The notes beneath the pieces are model-generated. The model worked only from the letters and a program-made list of their open reading frames with translations. It had not been told where the DNA came from and searched no databases. A stretch of 64,000 bases of DNA, from assembly GCF_009914755.1 (NCBI RefSeq), contig NC_060934.1; one strand, 5' to 3'. Numbering within the stretch: position 1 is the stretch's first letter; each line of letters opens with the position of its first letter. A program made the translations under genes and the position numbers. Source of the stretch: the human T2T-CHM13v2.0 reference genome, Homo sapiens. This document shows positions 60,593 through 64,000 of this stretch, piece after piece.

Positions 60593-60878
60593 GGCCGGGC
60601 GCAGTGGCTCATGCCTGTAATCCAAACACTTTGGGAGGCCAAGGTGGGTGGATCACAAGATCAGGAGATCGAGACCATCCTGGCTAACACGGTGAAACCC
60701 CGTCTCTACTAAATATACAAAAAATTAGCCGGGCGTGGTGGCAGGCACCTGTAGTCACAGCTACTGAGGTAGGAGAATGGGGTGAACCCAGGAGGCGAAG
60801 TTTGCAGTGAGCAGAGATCGTGCCACTGCACTCCAGACTGGGTGACAGAGCGAGACTCCGTCTCAAAAAAAAAAAAAA
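60593..60878 (+). mobile_element. AluY with a ~9-bp internal deletion
   Basis: gagatcgagaccatcctggctaacacggtg diagnostic; gctact|gagg deletion; A14 tail. Confidence 0.95.
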
Positions 60879-63502
60879 CATTGCAATCACAAGTCCAGTC
60901 CCAAATGGCTGATAATTTGCTAGAATGACTCACATAACTCAGGGATACACTTTATTTAAATTTACTGGTTTATTATAAGGAATGTTAAAACAGATACAAA
61001 TGAACAGCCAGATGAAGAGGTACGTAGGGCAAGGTCTGAAAAGTTCCTGAGTAGCTTCTGTCTCCATGTAGTGGGGGTATGCCACTCTCCCAGCACGTGG
61101 ATGTTCACCAACCTGGAAGCTCTTTAAACTGCAGTTTTGAGATTTAATGGACGTTTCATTTCATAGGCATAATGAATTAACTCAATCTCCAGCCCTGTTC
61201 CCCTCCCTGGAGGACAGGGGATAGGACTGAAAATTCCAAGCTAATGATAAATTAGTCTTTCTCATGACCAGCCCTCCTGAAGTTATCCAAAAGCCCACCA
61301 AGAATTGCTTCATTAGAACAAAAGATGCTAATATCGCCTGGGAAATACCAAGGGATTTAGGGGCTTTACATTAAGAGACTCCTGTCATCCCATCAATCAG
61401 GAAATTATAAGGGTTTTAGAAACTGTTTTAGGAGCTAGAGCCAGAGACCAAACATTAGAGCAGACGATGCTCCTAGTACCCATATCACTTAAAAAATTAC
61501 AAGAGTTTTATGGGGGCAGATACATATTTATTATTATATCACAACAGTCTACCCTCATAAAATTTTAAGAAACTTATAATTTATTTCCATTTCAATGTAT
61601 AAAACTTCTGACAATTTATTTCTTATACTATTGTGTCATACATTTAACTTATACATATTTTATAAGCATCATCATAAGCAGGCATCAAATCTCATTCAAG
61701 TGAAATTTTGAGATGAAAAAGTTTTGATATTTATCTAAATATTTACCCTATCCATTGCTCTCCATTGCTTTGTCTAGATTTAAGTTTTTAGCTAGTATCA
61801 TTTTCCTTACTCCTGAAAAAGTTTCTTTAGTGTTTTCATTAGTTCAGATAGGCTGGCAACAGATTCTTTCCACTTAATATGGAAAATGTTTTATTTTGCC
61901 TGCAGTTTTCAAAGATATTTTTACTGATTATAGAATTCTAGGTGGACCTCTTGGAGGCCCTTAAAAAATGTCTTTTCTTTTTCATCTTTGTCTAGTTTCT
62001 CTTGAAAAATGTCTGCTATCTTGTATCTGTTCATCTGCATATAATGTGTCATTCTTTCGATGTCATTTCTGGGTCTATTGTTTTTTACTGACTTATTTTT
62101 CTCTCATTATAGTCAATTTCCTGCTTCTTGGCCTAATAAACTTTTATTTGATTCAAGACATTCTATATTTTTATGTTATTTTTGTAAATTTACATTACTG
62201 AGGATATGAATTTGGTTGTATTTTTAATAAGCATTGAGTTTTGTTCTGCTAGACAGTTAAGTTACTTGTGATTAGGTTTAATTCTTTTGAGGCTTGTTTT
62301 TGAACTTTATTATGATAGAACAGCCTTGACTGTCCTTTTGTCTTAGAATTCAGCCTACTATTAAGGTATATCCTTTTCGAGTTTTCTACTGAGTACTCTG
62401 AATGATCAGCAAAGACTCCACTCTAGCTGGTTGGAGCTCAACTGTCTTCCAGCCAGCCCTTTCTGAGCTGAGAAACTGTGCAAGTCACCAGTTTTTGGTA
62501 ACCCTTTGTCTGCCTTTGTGCCTTTTAGGATTTGGTAAAAATTCAAAGAGATATTTAGAGCTCTTTTTCAGCATATATCCATCCTCTTCTGATTGACACC
62601 CTACAACTCAGCCTCTCCACACTTAGACCTCTTACTCCTTAAGTCAGTTCCCATTTAAGATACCCTTCCTACATCACAGGCTATACTATGCTGCAAGACA
62701 GACAACAAGGCCAATTTTTGACTCACTTTATTTGTTTCCCTTCTCTAAAGAATCACTGTGCTTCTCTGCCTATTGTCTAATACCCGGAAGCAAGACTTTC
62801 ATAGATTCTCTCCACTTTTCTAGTTATTTATGGCGGGAGGTTAAATCTGATCTCTCTTACTCAATTAAGACCAGATGTGGAGATCTTATTTTGCTTGATT
62901 TTTTGTATTTGCAATTTTCTTTCTTTGTTAAATGAGTACTTGAAATATATGTTACCAAAGATATTTATCTCAATTGTGAGCTTTATACAGGTCCTAAATA
63001 ATAGAGGATTGTAACATTTTGTATTATTTAAAATATTAACTTTTAATGTAAATTAACATGAGGGACATATTAGAAGATGGCTGATTATGCATAACAACTA
63101 CTTACCAAATACAGATTATATATATTTAGTGTCATTTTTACACAGTTTATACGCATACATCAATTTAAATGTTTTTACTACCGTTATTATCTCCTTATAA
63201 TACCTTGACTGCCAAAGTTTTTCTGCATCCAGTGTTGCTATCATCTTTTGTTCACGAGGAACAATCTGTTCTGATCCCTGGGAATTGAGCAGGATGTTTG
63301 GTTTCCCTCTCCATCTGATGGTAGTAATTTGTCTTTCTTACTTACAAATAATATACTAGATCTTGATGATGGAATAAGCTTACTTCTTGAGGAATGTGCA
63401 AACATGACAACTAATAATAGAAATTTCTGTAACTACAGTTAGCATATATATTTTAATAATACACCTTTGCATAGATTACTTACATTTATTTTCATATTTA
63501 TA

Positions 63503-63655
63503 CATATGACCCCTAACTTATGATAGTTTGATTTCCAATTTTTTTGACTTTATGGTGGGTTTATGAGGGAATTAAATCTATTTCAACTTACAGTATTTTC
63601 AATTTACAGCAGGTTTATTGGGAAATAACCTCATTGTAAGTCAAAGATCATCTTG
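63503..63655 (-). mobile_element. MER47-type (Tigger5) MITE
   Basis: TA-flanked, TIR-like catatgacccctaacttatga / tgtaagtcaaagatcatcttg. Confidence 0.7.
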
Positions 63656-63774
63656 TATTTCAGCATATTTTATTATACAACAATGAATAATTAAATAGAC
63701 ATGTGCCTTTTAGTATGCATATACAGAAATGCATCGAAAAAATATCAGTGACTCTCATTCATCAAAATATTCAA

Positions 63775-63850
63775 GCCATGATTGCACCACTGTATTCACC
63801 TGGGCAACAGAGTGCGATCAGTCTACAAATAATAATAATAATAATAATAA
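63775..63850 (+). mobile_element. Short AluJ/FLAM 3' fragment with (TAA)n tail
   Basis: gccatgattgcaccactgtattcacctgggcaacagagtg then (TAA)n. Confidence 0.8.
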
Positions 63851-64000
63851 TTCAATCTGTTTATCCTATGCTAAGTATTTCCAACATTTGTAATCCTAAT
63901 TCCTACAGACTGAGTTACTATATAACTTAGCTTTTGGAAATAAAAATGTGAATGAGATGATCTTTACTATATCAGTAAGAAAGATGCATGCATAATGAAC

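Overview
This is AT-rich human (or great-ape) genomic DNA, almost entirely intronic. The only host coding sequence is a 79-bp + strand exon at 7504-7582 encoding (S)CFLSLLLVAAVVWKIKQTCWASRRRE. I recognise it as the end of the transmembrane helix and the juxtamembrane segment of attractin-like 1 (ATRNL1; from memory exon 26 on 10q25, followed by a very long intron). The rest is unique AT-rich intron plus layered transposon fossils: Alus, MIR/L2, MaLR and ERV solo LTRs, Charlie/Tigger/Tc2 MITEs, old L1M pieces, a full-length L1MA (33.7-46.9 kb) and, nested inside it, a full-length but dead L1PA3-like element (39.8-45.8 kb) antisense to the gene. I see no evidence for a new biological system such as a CRISPR array, novel RT or novel gene. 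The best leads are (1) a gene-breaking/antisense-promoter geometry of the L1PA just downstream of the TM exon, (2) ~0.9 kb of apparently older DNA captured inside the L1MA 5'UTR, (3) a hairpin-perfecting template-switch mutation in L1 ORF2, (4) a short 5' transduction, (5) a candidate recursive-splice/poison exon, (6) a tail-less Alu and (7) a CTCF motif in a MER50 LTR. All repeat subfamily names come from recalled consensus sequences, not from a database search, and boundaries of old repeats are approximate.
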